Of a stretch of DNA of 31,393 nucleotides, positions 7,792-16,932 are shown piece by piece (position 1 is the first letter of the stretch; every line of letters begins with the position of its first letter). A program made the position numbers and the translations under genes. The notes beneath the pieces were generated by a model that searched no databases, was not told the origin of the DNA, and saw nothing but the letters and a program-made list of their open reading frames with translations. This DNA is from an uncultured Sterolibacterium sp. (GTDB lineage Bacteria > Pseudomonadota > Gammaproteobacteria > Burkholderiales > Rhodocyclaceae), in the NCBI GenBank assembly GCA_964360125.1, contig CAYHXK010000001.1, forward strand, positions 5,921-37,313, in the 5' to 3' direction.

Positions 7792-8889
7792 ATGCCAACG
7801 AGCGGTGACGAAACATTTTCAGCACGATTGATTGCCTGGCACAGCATCCATGGTCGCCAAAACCTGCCCTGGCAGGGAACAAAAGAACCTTACCGTGTCT
7901 GGCTGTCGGAGATCATGTTGCAGCAGACCCAGGTGGCTGCGGTGATCCCTTATTACCGGCGCTTTCTGGAACGTTTCCCGACCCTGCCCGAATTGGCTGC
8001 AAGCCCGGTAGAGGAGGTCATGGGCTGGTGGAGCGGCCTGGGCTATTACGCCCGGGCGCGCAACCTGCATCGCTGCGCGCAGATCGTCATGGAGCAACAT
8101 GGCGGCGACTTCCCGCGTCATCCCGGGGTCATCGCGCAACTGCCCGGCATCGGCCGCTCCACCGCCAATGCCATCGCCGCGTTCTGCTTCGGCGGGCGCG
8201 CAGCGATCCTTGATGGCAACGTCAAGCGGGTGCTATGCCGCAGCCACGGCATCGAGGGTTATCCCGGTACTCCGGCGGTTGAAAAGACCTTGTGGGCATT
8301 GGCGACTGCGCTGCTGCCCAAGCGGGAATCGGCAAGCATGGCAACTTACATCCAGGCCCAGATGGACCTTGGCGCCACCGTCTGCACGCGCACCAGGCCG
8401 CTTTGCCTGGCGTCCGGCGCGAATTGCCCGGTGGCCGACAGCTGCGTTGCGCGCACCCAGGGCCGCATCGCGGAGCTGCCCACAACGCGTCCACGGAAGA
8501 TATTGCCGCAGCGCGAAACGCGCGTGCTGCTGCTGCTCGACGGCGACAAGGTGCTGCTCGAGCGGCGTCCGCCGAGCTGCATCTTGGGCGGACTGCTGAG
8601 TCTGCCGGAACTGCCCGCGGACGCCGATCCGCGGGCCCATGCGGCGCAGCAACTGGGCTGCGCGGTGGCGCACTTTGAAGCCCTGCCGACGCTGCGCCAT
8701 GGCTTCACGCATTTCCAGCTGAGCTTGCAGCCCTTGTCGGGGGCAGCGCGACTGTTGCCGCACGCCGCCGAGGCTACGGGTTATTGCTGGCTGGGACGCA
8801 CAGAAATCGACACCGCGGCGCTGCCGGCGCCGATCCGGAAAATTCTCGCTGGCGCTTTTCGAGCCGAGGGCGCTGCGGTCGGCTGTTAA
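7792..8889 (+). CDS. mutY: A/G-specific adenine glycosylase
   Basis: 'PYRVWLSEIMLQQTQV', 'GLGYYARARNLH', 'LPGIGRSTA', 'DGNVKRVL' and FCL-type 'VCTRTRPLC...CPV...C'. ATG 7792 is the likely start. Confidence 0.96.
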   Translation: MPTSGDETFSARLIAWHSIHGRQNLPWQGTKEPYRVWLSEIMLQQTQVAAVIPYYRRFLERFPTLPELAASPVEEVMGWWSGLGYYARARNLHRCAQIVMEQHGGDFPRHPGVIAQLPGIGRSTANAIAAFCFGGRAAILDGNVKRVLCRSHGIEGYPGTPAVEKTLWALATALLPKRESASMATYIQAQMDLGATVCTRTRPLCLASGANCPVADSCVARTQGRIAELPTTRPRKILPQRETRVLLLLDGDKVLLERRPPSCILGGLLSLPELPADADPRAHAAQQLGCAVAHFEALPTLRHGFTHFQLSLQPLSGAARLLPHAAEATGYCWLGRTEIDTAALPAPIRKILAGAFRAEGAAVGC

Positions 8890-9431
8890 TGCTGCGCTAC
8901 CGGATCCAGCGTCTGGATTCGATCCGCTGCCAGCAGCTTGGCCGCGGCCAACCCGTTGGCCAGCCCGAACACCAGCGCCGCCACGGCGAAGATCGGCGTC
9001 AGATAGATCAATCCATCGTGCGGCACCAGCCACAGGCGCGCCAGCGCCAGCTGCCCGGCAATATGCGCGTAAGCCATCAGCAGGCTCTGGCTGACCGGGC
9101 CGAACCAGCGCGCCGGCAAGAACCGAGCCGCGCCGAGCACGGCCAGGCTGGCCAGGGATCCGGCCAGGCTGAGAAAAAACCCCGGCGCCAGGAACTGGCC
9201 CAGCACCAGGCTTCCGGCGAGCACGCGCAGCAGCGTCACCCAGGCCGCAACGCGCCAGCCATGGCGCGTCAGCACGATCAGCGTGACGATATTCGCCAAA
9301 CCGGGCTTGACGCCGGGCAACGGGCTCGGAATCGCCGCCTCGACCACGGAGAGCGCAATCGCCGCTGCCGCATAACGGGCGATGCGATGATCCTCGGCGC
9401 TCGGCCACAGCTCAATAGTTGAGGGAGTCAT
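8886..9431 (-). CDS. Gx transporter family membrane protein (the 'heptaprenyl diphosphate synthase component I' annotation family)
   Basis: 'IPSPLPGVKPGLANIVTL' and 'AYAHIAGQL' motifs; hydrophobic; ATG 9431 overlaps the end of the NusG-II gene. Confidence 0.8.
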   Translation of the reverse strand: MTPSTIELWPSAEDHRIARYAAAAIALSVVEAAIPSPLPGVKPGLANIVTLIVLTRHGWRVAAWVTLLRVLAGSLVLGQFLAPGFFLSLAGSLASLAVLGAARFLPARWFGPVSQSLLMAYAHIAGQLALARLWLVPHDGLIYLTPIFAVAALVFGLANGLAAAKLLAADRIQTLDPVAQH

Positions 9432-9789
9432 AGCCCGGTCCGCGCCCGACCAGGGCGAGGCTGACATGATTGGGAGCGCAGATCGCCATGGCATTGGCCT
9501 GGGTCAGCCAGCCTTGCCGCACGCAATACTGGCGCGGACCGGGATCGGCGGCGACGCGGGCACGGCCGGGTTGCACCTCGATCACGGTAATGCCGAGCGG
9601 GCCGGCCACCTCGAATTTACGCGTGCCGTTCAGGCCGATCTCCGCAACGATCCGGCCGTCGCGCTTGATCACCGCCTTCTCCGCCACTCCGCCGCGCCAG
9701 GCGTAGGGCAGCAGTATTGCGCAAAGCGTGGCGGCCAACAGCAACATCAACCAGTCGCCGGGCCGCAGCAGGCCAAGAGCCTGTCTCAT
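9412..9789 (-). CDS. NusG domain II (DUF1312)-containing membrane-anchored protein
   Basis: N-terminal TM helix; 'GPLG...IEV..GRARV..DPGPRQYCVRQGWL.......IC.PN.VS'. Confidence 0.82.
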   Translation of the reverse strand: MRQALGLLRPGDWLMLLLAATLCAILLPYAWRGGVAEKAVIKRDGRIVAEIGLNGTRKFEVAGPLGITVIEVQPGRARVAADPGPRQYCVRQGWLTQANAMAICAPNHVSLALVGRGPGYDSLNY

Positions 9790-9792
9790 GAA

Positions 9793-10656
9793 TCACGTCA
9801 CCAGCGCCCGATGCCGCACCAGCACTTGTGCCTGGGGCGGCGTGAGCTGTCTGAAGTAGGCCGCCAGGCGTTCGGCAAAATACACCGAACGATGCTGGCC
9901 GCCGGTGCAGCCGATGGCGACGGTGAGATAGGAACGCGAATCGCGGGTATAGGCCGGCAACCACTCGGCGACGAAGCGGCGGATATCCTCGGCCATGCGC
10001 AGAACTTCGGGCTGCGCTTCGAGGAATTCCGCCACTGCCGGATCGAGGCCGGTCAAGGGGCGCAACAGCGGTTCGTAGTGCGGATTGGGCAGGCAGCGGA
10101 TATCGAAAACCAGGTCCGCATCCAGCGGCAGGCCGTGTTTGAAGCCGAACGACTCGAACAGCAGGGTAAGCGTGGTGTCTGCAGTTTGATCGTTTAGGGC
10201 TGCGAAATCCTTGATGTAGGCGCGCAGTGCGCTGGGCCGCAGATTGCTGGTATCGATATGGTGGCCCAGTGCGGCGATGTCCTCCAGCCCCCCGCGCTCG
10301 CGCAGGATAGCCTCGGCCAGGGTCGTGTCCTGGTCGGCCAGTGGATGGCGGCGACGCGTTTCCGAAAAGCGCTGGATCAGCACCCCGTCGCGCGCGTCGA
10401 GAAAAATAAAGCGCGACTCGATGCCCTGGTTGTGCAGATCGCCCAGTTGCGCCGGCAGCGCGGCGGTACTGGCGCCGCCGCGCATATCCACCGCCACGGC
10501 GGCCTTCTTATAGCCGTCGCCGCGCAACTGCTCCACCAATTGCGGCAACAGCGGCGCCGGCAGGTTATCGACGCAATAATAGCCGGCATCCTCCAGCACG
10601 TTGAGGGCGATGCTCTTGCCGGAGCCGGACAGACCGCTGATGAGGATCAGTTGCAT
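9793..10656 (-). CDS. rapZ: RNase adapter RapZ (P-loop protein)
   Basis: '[24 protein letters not shown]', '[11 protein letters not shown]', '[21 protein letters not shown]' and '[11 protein letters not shown]'. Confidence 0.95.
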   Translation of the reverse strand: MQLILISGLSGSGKSIALNVLEDAGYYCVDNLPAPLLPQLVEQLRGDGYKKAAVAVDMRGGASTAALPAQLGDLHNQGIESRFIFLDARDGVLIQRFSETRRRHPLADQDTTLAEAILRERGGLEDIAALGHHIDTSNLRPSALRAYIKDFAALNDQTADTTLTLLFESFGFKHGLPLDADLVFDIRCLPNPHYEPLLRPLTGLDPAVAEFLEAQPEVLRMAEDIRRFVAEWLPAYTRDSRSYLTVAIGCTGGQHRSVYFAERLAAYFRQLTPPQAQVLVRHRALVT

Positions 10657-10751
10657 GGCGGCAAGCATAGCCAATCCCGGCGCTGCTGTCATTCCCGGCG
10701 TGGTTTTGCCTAGACGGGCGGGGGTAAAACGCGCTATGCTTGCCACCCTTC

Positions 10752-10828
10752 GCGCCCGTAGCTCAGCTGGATAGAGTGCCACCCTCCGAAGGTGGAAGTC
10801 GCACGTTCGAATCGTGTCGGGCGCACCA
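10752..10828 (+). tRNA. tRNA-Arg(CCG)
   Basis: 77 nt GCGCCCG...CGGGCGC-A-CCA; D arm AGCTCAGCTGGATAGAG; anticodon stem CCACC/GGTGG with loop CT-CCG-AA; T loop TTCGAAT. Confidence 0.96.
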
Positions 10829-10847
10829 TATTACCCATCCTCGCTCC

Positions 10848-11486
10848 ATGAAATTTCGCGTCATTCCCGTCACGCCGTTCCAGCAGAACTGCTCGCTGCT
10901 GTGGTGCGAGGAAACACGGCAGGGCGCCGTGGTCGATCCGGGCGGCGACCTCGATCTCATCCTGGCCAGCGCCGCGCAACTGGGCGTGCGCATCGTCAAG
11001 ATCCTGCTGACCCACGGCCATATCGACCATGCCGGCGGCGCCGCGGAACTCGCCGCGCGTCTGGACATCCCCATCGAGGGGCCGCAACAGGAGGAACGTT
11101 TCTGGATCGACCAGTTGCCGCAACAGGGGCAGATGTTCGGCCTGGGCCACGCCGCCTCATTCACCCCCGATCGCTGGCTGAATGACGGCGATACGGTGAG
11201 CTTCGGCAAGATCACCCTGAGCGTGCTGCATTGCCCCGGCCACACGCCCGGCCACGTGGTGTTCTTCCATGCGCCGTCGAAACTGGCCATCGTCGGCGAT
11301 GTGTTGTTCCAGGGCTCGATCGGCCGCACCGATTTCCCGCGCGGCGATCACGCCACGCTGATTAGAGCAATCCGCGAAAAACTCTGGCCGCTCGGCGACG
11401 ACGTCGCCTTCATTCCCGGTCACGGTCCGATGTCGACCTTCGGCGCGGAACGACGCGACAACCCATTCGTCGCCGACCGGGCGTAG
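10848..11486 (+). CDS. MBL-fold metallohydrolase (GloC/YcbL-like)
   Basis: '[11 protein letters not shown]', 'LLTHGHIDH', 'HCPGHTPGH', '[15 protein letters not shown]' and 'PGHGP.ST...ER..NPF'. Confidence 0.92.
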   Translation: MKFRVIPVTPFQQNCSLLWCEETRQGAVVDPGGDLDLILASAAQLGVRIVKILLTHGHIDHAGGAAELAARLDIPIEGPQQEERFWIDQLPQQGQMFGLGHAASFTPDRWLNDGDTVSFGKITLSVLHCPGHTPGHVVFFHAPSKLAIVGDVLFQGSIGRTDFPRGDHATLIRAIREKLWPLGDDVAFIPGHGPMSTFGAERRDNPFVADRA

Positions 11487-11523
11487 CCCCTTTCAACACA
11501 ATGAACCTAGAAAAATCTATTGA

Positions 11524-11652
11524 ACCGCAAAGGACGCAGAGGACGCAAAGAAATTCAAATGCCGATGCAACATAGTCGATTCACCCTACAGGTGAGATGC
11601 AACAGTTCGCCAATTCCTGGTTTTCCTTTGCGTCCTCTGCGTCCTTTGCGGT
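11524..11652. repeat. Intergenic element with perfect 27-bp terminal inverted repeats (REP/MITE-like)
   Basis: ACCGCAAAGGACGCAGAGGACGCAAAG (11524-11550) and its exact reverse complement (11626-11652), 75-bp spacer; the arms are built from 9-mer units. Confidence 0.85.
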
Positions 11653-11669
11653 GAAACGCCGTTTTTAGG

Positions 11670-13265
11670 ATGAAAGCTCTCAAAATCGCCGGCATCGTTC
11701 TTGGCGCCCTGGCTGTCCTGCTCCTCGCCGGCATTGCCTACGTCGCCCTCAGCTTCGATGAGATTCGTGTCAAGAACGAACTGGCCAGAATGGTGCAGGA
11801 GAAGACACGGCGTTCCCTGAATATCGATGGCGAGCTGACACTCTCGTTCTGGCCAAGGCTGGGCGTCAGGATCGGACATGCCGCATTATCCGAGCGCGGC
11901 AGTGACCAGGCATTCGCCGCGCTCGAATCGGCACATTTCTCGGTGCGGATGCTGCCCCTCCTGTCAAAGAAAATCGTCATCGACCAGGTCGAGCTCAGCG
12001 GTGTCCAGGCGGCCTTGCTGCGCCGCCTGGACGGTTCGCTCAACATCGACGACCTGCTGGCTCCAGACGGAGAACCGACACTGAAGTTCGACCTCGCCGG
12101 CATCAAGATCGCCAACGCCCGCTTGGGCTGGCGCAATGAAATGAGCGGCCGGGATGTGACGCTGAGCAAGCTCCAATTCACTTCCGGACGCATCGCCAAT
12201 GCCGCACAGGGCAAACTGGAGCTTTTTGCTCAACTGAACGGCGGCAATCCCCATATCGACAGCGCCATCCAGCTCAATGCCATCTATGACTATGACATCG
12301 TGGAACGACGTTTCAGCCTGAGCCAGCTCGACGCGCGGATCGCCGGCTTGCTCTTCGGCTTGGAACGCGTGGAGGTATCGATGGGGGCAGGCGCCATCAA
12401 CCTTCACCCGCGTGGCAATCAACATTCGAGTGAACTTCAGATCGAGGCGCTGACACTCAGTGCAAATGGCAAGGCGGGCAATGCCCCTTTCGAATTAATG
12501 CTCGCTGCGCCGCAGTTGCTGCTCGCTGCGGACAAGACCAGCGCCGGTGCGCTGATGCTAAATGCCAAGTATGCCGGTGCTCAGGGCATGCTTGATGCCA
12601 GACTCGATCTATCCGGTATTGAAGGCACCCCGCAAACCATGAAAGCCTCCCAACTGGCGCTGCTGCTCGATGCCCAAATCGGCGCCACAACGCTCAAAAG
12701 CGCAGTATCTTCTCCCTGGGTCGCCGATCTGTCGGCGCGAACCATGGAGTTGCCCGGATTCTCCGGCGAGATCCAAGTCGCCAACCCGCTACTGCCGATG
12801 AAACAGTTGAAACTTCCGCTCTCCGGTGCTCTGTTCGCCGATTTCGCCCGGCATTGGGCTCGAGGTGCCGCCAGTTCGCAATTAGACCAAAGCAAAATCA
12901 AGGCGAAGTTCCATCTGAGCGAGTTCGTCCCGTTGGCGCTGAGTTTCGCCGTTGACATCGACAAGATCAACCTCGATCGGTATTTTCCGCCCAGGCAGGA
13001 CGACGAAACTTCGACAAATGGCGGCGGTGAGCAAACCGTATCCCAGCTCTTCGGAAGTCCCGCACCGACCACTCTGAAACCTCCCAAGCTACAGGGCAGC
13101 GTGAGAATCGGCGCACTGCATTATGCCCGGGTCGAGGCAAAAAACGTCCGCCTGGAACTCAAGTCGGCGGATGGCAGACTCCGGCTGGAGTCTGCGGCAT
13201 CCCGGCGCAACGCGGAAAAGCTTTCGCCCGCAGTTATCGGCACGCTCCCAGGCGACTCAAAGTAA
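11670..13265 (+). CDS. AsmA family protein
   Basis: N-terminal anchor; 'V..KT.R.L.IDGEL.LSFWP.LGV', 'S.R.LPLLSK...ID.V.L.G' and 'DIDKINLDRY' patterns; the C-terminus may be shortened. Confidence 0.8.
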   Translation: MKALKIAGIVLGALAVLLLAGIAYVALSFDEIRVKNELARMVQEKTRRSLNIDGELTLSFWPRLGVRIGHAALSERGSDQAFAALESAHFSVRMLPLLSKKIVIDQVELSGVQAALLRRLDGSLNIDDLLAPDGEPTLKFDLAGIKIANARLGWRNEMSGRDVTLSKLQFTSGRIANAAQGKLELFAQLNGGNPHIDSAIQLNAIYDYDIVERRFSLSQLDARIAGLLFGLERVEVSMGAGAINLHPRGNQHSSELQIEALTLSANGKAGNAPFELMLAAPQLLLAADKTSAGALMLNAKYAGAQGMLDARLDLSGIEGTPQTMKASQLALLLDAQIGATTLKSAVSSPWVADLSARTMELPGFSGEIQVANPLLPMKQLKLPLSGALFADFARHWARGAASSQLDQSKIKAKFHLSEFVPLALSFAVDIDKINLDRYFPPRQDDETSTNGGGEQTVSQLFGSPAPTTLKPPKLQGSVRIGALHYARVEAKNVRLELKSADGRLRLESAASRRNAEKLSPAVIGTLPGDSK

Positions 13266-13426
13266 TTCGACAGCAGGCAGCGATTGTTAAACATTGGCGC
13301 CGTCCCATGCGAAAATATTCCTCATATCGGCCAAATGACGATTTGCCGATGACTGGCGACCAATTCGGGCAAGCGTGGGGCAAGTAAGGCACATGGAATC
13401 GACCGGCATTACTATTGACTTGCAAG

Positions 13427-14320
13427 ATGCGCCTCGGGATTGACCTCGGCGGCAGCAAGATAGAAATCATTGCCCTGGGGGAGGACGGTGCGGAACTCCT
13501 GCGCCGTCGTGTGCCGACCCCGCAGGGCGATTACCCGGAAACATTGATGGCGATTACCGCGCTGGTCGAGCAGGCCGAGTTGGCGCTGAATCGTCGCGGC
13601 ACGGTCGGCATCGGCATCCCCGGCGCGCTTTCCGGCGCCAGCGGCCAGGTCAAGAACGCCAATTCCACCTGCCTGAACGGCAAGCCGTTGCAACGCGATC
13701 TGCAGGCAGCGTTGCGCCGTGAAGTGCGCCTGGCCAACGACGCCAACTGCCTGGCCCTGTCGGAAGCCACCGACGGCGCGGCGGCAGGCGCCGATGTGGT
13801 GTTCGGGGTAATCCTCGGCACTGGCGTGGGCGGCGGCATCGTCGCCCATGGCCGCGTCCTGACCGGCGCCAACGCCATCGCCGGCGAGTGGGGGCATAAC
13901 CCCCTGTCCGGCGAAGCGGTCCCCGGCCCTGACTGCTATTGCGGACGGTGCGGCTGCATCGAAACCTTTCTCTCCGGGCCGGGGATGCGGCAGGATCATT
14001 GCCGGGTGAGCGGCGGCATGCTCGACCCGCCCGACATTGTCGCCCTCGCCACTGCCGGCAATGCCTCGTGCGCCGCCACCCTGCAGCGCTACGAGGCGCG
14101 TCTGGCGCGGGGTCTGGCCCAGGTGATCAACATTCTCGATCCCGCCGTAATCGTCCTCGGCGGCGGCTTGTCGAATATCGGGCGGCTCTATGACAACGTG
14201 CCGCGCCTGTGGGGCAAGCAGGTGTTTTCGGACCAGGTCGTGACACGACTGGTCCGAAGCCGCCACGGCGATTCTTCCGGCGTACGCGGCGCCGCCTGGC
14301 TATGGGAAAACAACGCATGA
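13427..14320 (+). CDS. ROK family sugar kinase (Mak/fructokinase-like)
   Basis: 'GIDLGGSKIE', 'ANDANCLALSEA.DGAAAG', 'GVILGTGVGGG', 'GEWGHNP', 'CYCGRCGCIETFLSG' and 'HGDSSGVRGAAWL'. Confidence 0.92.
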   Translation: MRLGIDLGGSKIEIIALGEDGAELLRRRVPTPQGDYPETLMAITALVEQAELALNRRGTVGIGIPGALSGASGQVKNANSTCLNGKPLQRDLQAALRREVRLANDANCLALSEATDGAAAGADVVFGVILGTGVGGGIVAHGRVLTGANAIAGEWGHNPLSGEAVPGPDCYCGRCGCIETFLSGPGMRQDHCRVSGGMLDPPDIVALATAGNASCAATLQRYEARLARGLAQVINILDPAVIVLGGGLSNIGRLYDNVPRLWGKQVFSDQVVTRLVRSRHGDSSGVRGAAWLWENNA

Positions 14321-15552
14321 ACTTCCCCAATGCAAACACCGCCAACACTGCCATCAATCCATGGCTGCGCATCTTCCTGCCCTTCGCGGCGGGCTATTTT
14401 CTTTCCTATCTGTTGCGCAACGTCAATGCCGTGATTGCGCCGGAACTGACGCGCGATCTGGGCGTCTCGGCCGCCGACCTGGGCCTGCTGACCAGCGCCT
14501 ATCTGTTTGCCTTTGGCGCGTTCCAGTTGCCGCTCGGCATTCTGCTCGACCGCTATGGGCCGCGCCGGGTCGAATCGGCGTTGCTGCTGCTGACCGCGGC
14601 GGGCGCCGCACTGTTCGCGCTGGGCCAGAGCATCTCCGAACTCGCACTGGCGCGGGCGCTGATCGGCCTGGGTGTATCCGCCTGCCTGATGGCCTCATTC
14701 AAGGCTTTCTCGCTGTGGTTCCCGATGGAGCGTCAGGCTTCGTTGAATTCCGCCATCATGGCCGCCGGCGCCTTGGGCGCACTCACCGCCAGCACTCCGC
14801 TGGGCTGGGCGCTGCCGCTGATCGGCTGGCGCGGCGCATTCTACGGACTGGCGGGACTCTCGCTGCTGGCCGCACTGCTGATCTTTACCACCCCGGATAA
14901 GCCGGCTGCGGCCGGCAATGAAACCCTGTCCAAGCAGTTGCGCGGCGTCGGCCAGGTGTTCGCCAGTCCAATATTCTGGCGCTACGCCCCGCAGACGGCG
15001 CTCATCACCGGCGGTTTCATGGCCATGCAAGGCCTCTGGGCAGTGCCCTGGCTGATGAGCTTCAACGGCCTGACACGCGCAGCGGCCGCCTTCCATTTGC
15101 TGCTGATGGGCATCGGCATGCTGGTCGGTTTTGTTTCGATTGCCGCCTGCGTCACCCGCCTCGCCGCGCGCGGCCTCCACCCCGAGCGCATCCTGGCGGT
15201 CGGCATGGGCGGCGGCATTGCGATTACCTGCCTGATCGTCATCGATGGCGCGCCGACCCACCTGCTGTGGTTCGCCATGGGTTTGGTCTTCAGCGTCGGC
15301 AACCTCTCCTATGCCCTGCTTTCCGCGCAATTTCCGGCGCAGCTGGCGGGGCGGGTCAACACCACCCTCAACCTGCTCGCCTTTATCGGCGCCTTCGGCA
15401 TCCAGTGGGGCTTCGGCGCGGCGGTGGATGCCTTCACCGCCGGCGGCCTGGCGCCGCGCGCCGCCTATCAAACCACCTATGCCGTATTGCTGGTGCGGCC
15501 GGCAGCGAGTTACGCCTGGTATGTGCTGGGCGGAAAACGCGCCAGGAACTGA
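14317..15552 (+). CDS. MFS transporter
   Basis: ATG 14317 overlaps the ROK stop; motif A 'GILLDRYGPRR'; about 12 TM segments. Confidence 0.9.
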   Translation: MNFPNANTANTAINPWLRIFLPFAAGYFLSYLLRNVNAVIAPELTRDLGVSAADLGLLTSAYLFAFGAFQLPLGILLDRYGPRRVESALLLLTAAGAALFALGQSISELALARALIGLGVSACLMASFKAFSLWFPMERQASLNSAIMAAGALGALTASTPLGWALPLIGWRGAFYGLAGLSLLAALLIFTTPDKPAAAGNETLSKQLRGVGQVFASPIFWRYAPQTALITGGFMAMQGLWAVPWLMSFNGLTRAAAAFHLLLMGIGMLVGFVSIAACVTRLAARGLHPERILAVGMGGGIAITCLIVIDGAPTHLLWFAMGLVFSVGNLSYALLSAQFPAQLAGRVNTTLNLLAFIGAFGIQWGFGAAVDAFTAGGLAPRAAYQTTYAVLLVRPAASYAWYVLGGKRARN

Positions 15553-15682
15553 GGAATTGACGTGCGGACTCGGTCGGCCAGGTTACCGGAATGCGGGATG
15601 TGACGTTGAATCCGCCCCTTGTTCCTTGTTGCGTTTCACGGCATATCTGTCCAAAATGTAGGCACTTATCCGGACAAAACTA

Positions 15683-16384
15683 GTGAGAAACGCCGCCTTC
15701 ATTCACGACGACCCCGCCTACACCGCCCGCGAAGCGGCGCACATCCTCAATCTGCCCGCCGCCACCCTGAAGGCATGGTGCTTCGGCCAAGGCTACCGCT
15801 CCAATTCGGGCGCACGCAAACGCTTTCAACCGGTAATCCGTCCCGCCGACAGTGCCGCGCGGCTGCTGTCGTTCGCCAACCTGTGCGAACTGCATATCCT
15901 CTCGGCCATCCGCCGCCAACACAAGATTTCCCTGCCCAAGGTTCGCGACAGCATGGGGTACGTACGCTCGCAACTGGGCTCCGATCGTCCGTTGATCGAC
16001 CGCCAGTTCCGTACCAACGGCATCGACCTGTTCGTGGAACATGCGTCGCAACTGCTCAATGTCTCCAAGCAAGGCCAGAAAGCCCTGCGCGGCGAGTTCG
16101 AACTTGCCCTGGCACGCATCGAACGAAATCGCAACGGCATGCCTGTCCGCCTGTTTCCCTTCAGCCGCAGTTCGGCGACGGACAAGGATCAGCCGATGAC
16201 TGTGGTCATCGATCCGCGCCTGTCCTTCGGCCGGCCGGTGCTCTCGAAGGTGGCCGTACCGACCGAAGTGATAGTCGACCGCTTCCGCGCGGGCGATTCG
16301 GTCGCCGAAATGGCCGGGGACTATGGCGTCGGCGAAGACGAAATCGAAGAAGCGCTTCGCTTCGAACAGCGTCGCGCCGCCTGA
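15683..16384 (+). CDS. HTH + DUF433 putative antitoxin (VapB45/Rv2018-like)
   Basis: N-terminal 'YTAREAAHILNLP..TL..W' HTH; 'LSF.NL.E'; C-terminal 'IDPRLSFGRPV....VPTEVIVDRFRAGDSVAEMAGDYG' DUF433. Confidence 0.85.
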   Translation: MRNAAFIHDDPAYTAREAAHILNLPAATLKAWCFGQGYRSNSGARKRFQPVIRPADSAARLLSFANLCELHILSAIRRQHKISLPKVRDSMGYVRSQLGSDRPLIDRQFRTNGIDLFVEHASQLLNVSKQGQKALRGEFELALARIERNRNGMPVRLFPFSRSSATDKDQPMTVVIDPRLSFGRPVLSKVAVPTEVIVDRFRAGDSVAEMAGDYGVGEDEIEEALRFEQRRAA

Positions 16385-16781
16385 TTTTCCGGCCGGGACG
16401 CCGCTGCTGTTCGTGGATCGTTGTGCATGGAGCCGGCGACTGGGCGAGGCGCTTCGCAACGCTGGCATCCCCTTCGTCGCCCATGACGACAAGTTTGCAA
16501 AGAACTGCGCGGATGTCGATTGGCTGCCGGTAGTGGGGCGAGAAGAATGGATTGTCATCACCCGCGACAAGAACATTCGCCGCAAACCCAACGAATTGAA
16601 GGCGTTCCGGGATGCCAAAGTAATTGCGTTTGCCCTCGCCTCGGGGAATGCATCGGCCGAGGACACGGCCCGGCTCGTCGTCGGTCTTTATCCGAAAATC
16701 CTGCGCAAGACGAGAGGCGCCAAGCCACCCGCCATGTTCTCGGTGACGCTGGCGGGAACAATCAGCCCGGTTCGTCTGTAG
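16323..16781 (+). CDS. PIN-domain toxin (VapC45/Rv2019-like)
   Basis: 'LFVDRC', 'DVDWL..VG...WIVITRDKNIR..P.E' acidic PIN residues; overlaps the 3' end of the antitoxin gene. Confidence 0.8.
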   Translation: MASAKTKSKKRFASNSVAPPDFPAGTPLLFVDRCAWSRRLGEALRNAGIPFVAHDDKFAKNCADVDWLPVVGREEWIVITRDKNIRRKPNELKAFRDAKVIAFALASGNASAEDTARLVVGLYPKILRKTRGAKPPAMFSVTLAGTISPVRL

Positions 16782-16932
16782 CCGCCTGCAGAGTCGTCAG
16801 CCGCAAGCAGAGATCGAAAGGAAACGCAACGCAGGTATTTCGCTGGTCCGGTTACCGGGATATGGGAAGTCGGGCGAATCCACCTATTGTTCACTGACTG
16901 GGTGAGCGGATATCCAATCCAGGCTTCGGACG

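Noticed and set aside
9793-10740. rapZ separated from ptsN/hprK
   Set aside because: The usual linkage is recalled only loosely; simple rearrangement explains it and no functional signal is visible.
10752-10828. tRNA-Arg as an integration site
   Set aside because: No integrase is adjacent and I saw no duplicated tRNA 3' end in the window.
13234-13470. 78-aa minus-strand ORF with a faint resemblance to a RAYT transposase C-terminus
   Set aside because: No HUH or NPV motifs; it overlaps asmA and the ROK gene.
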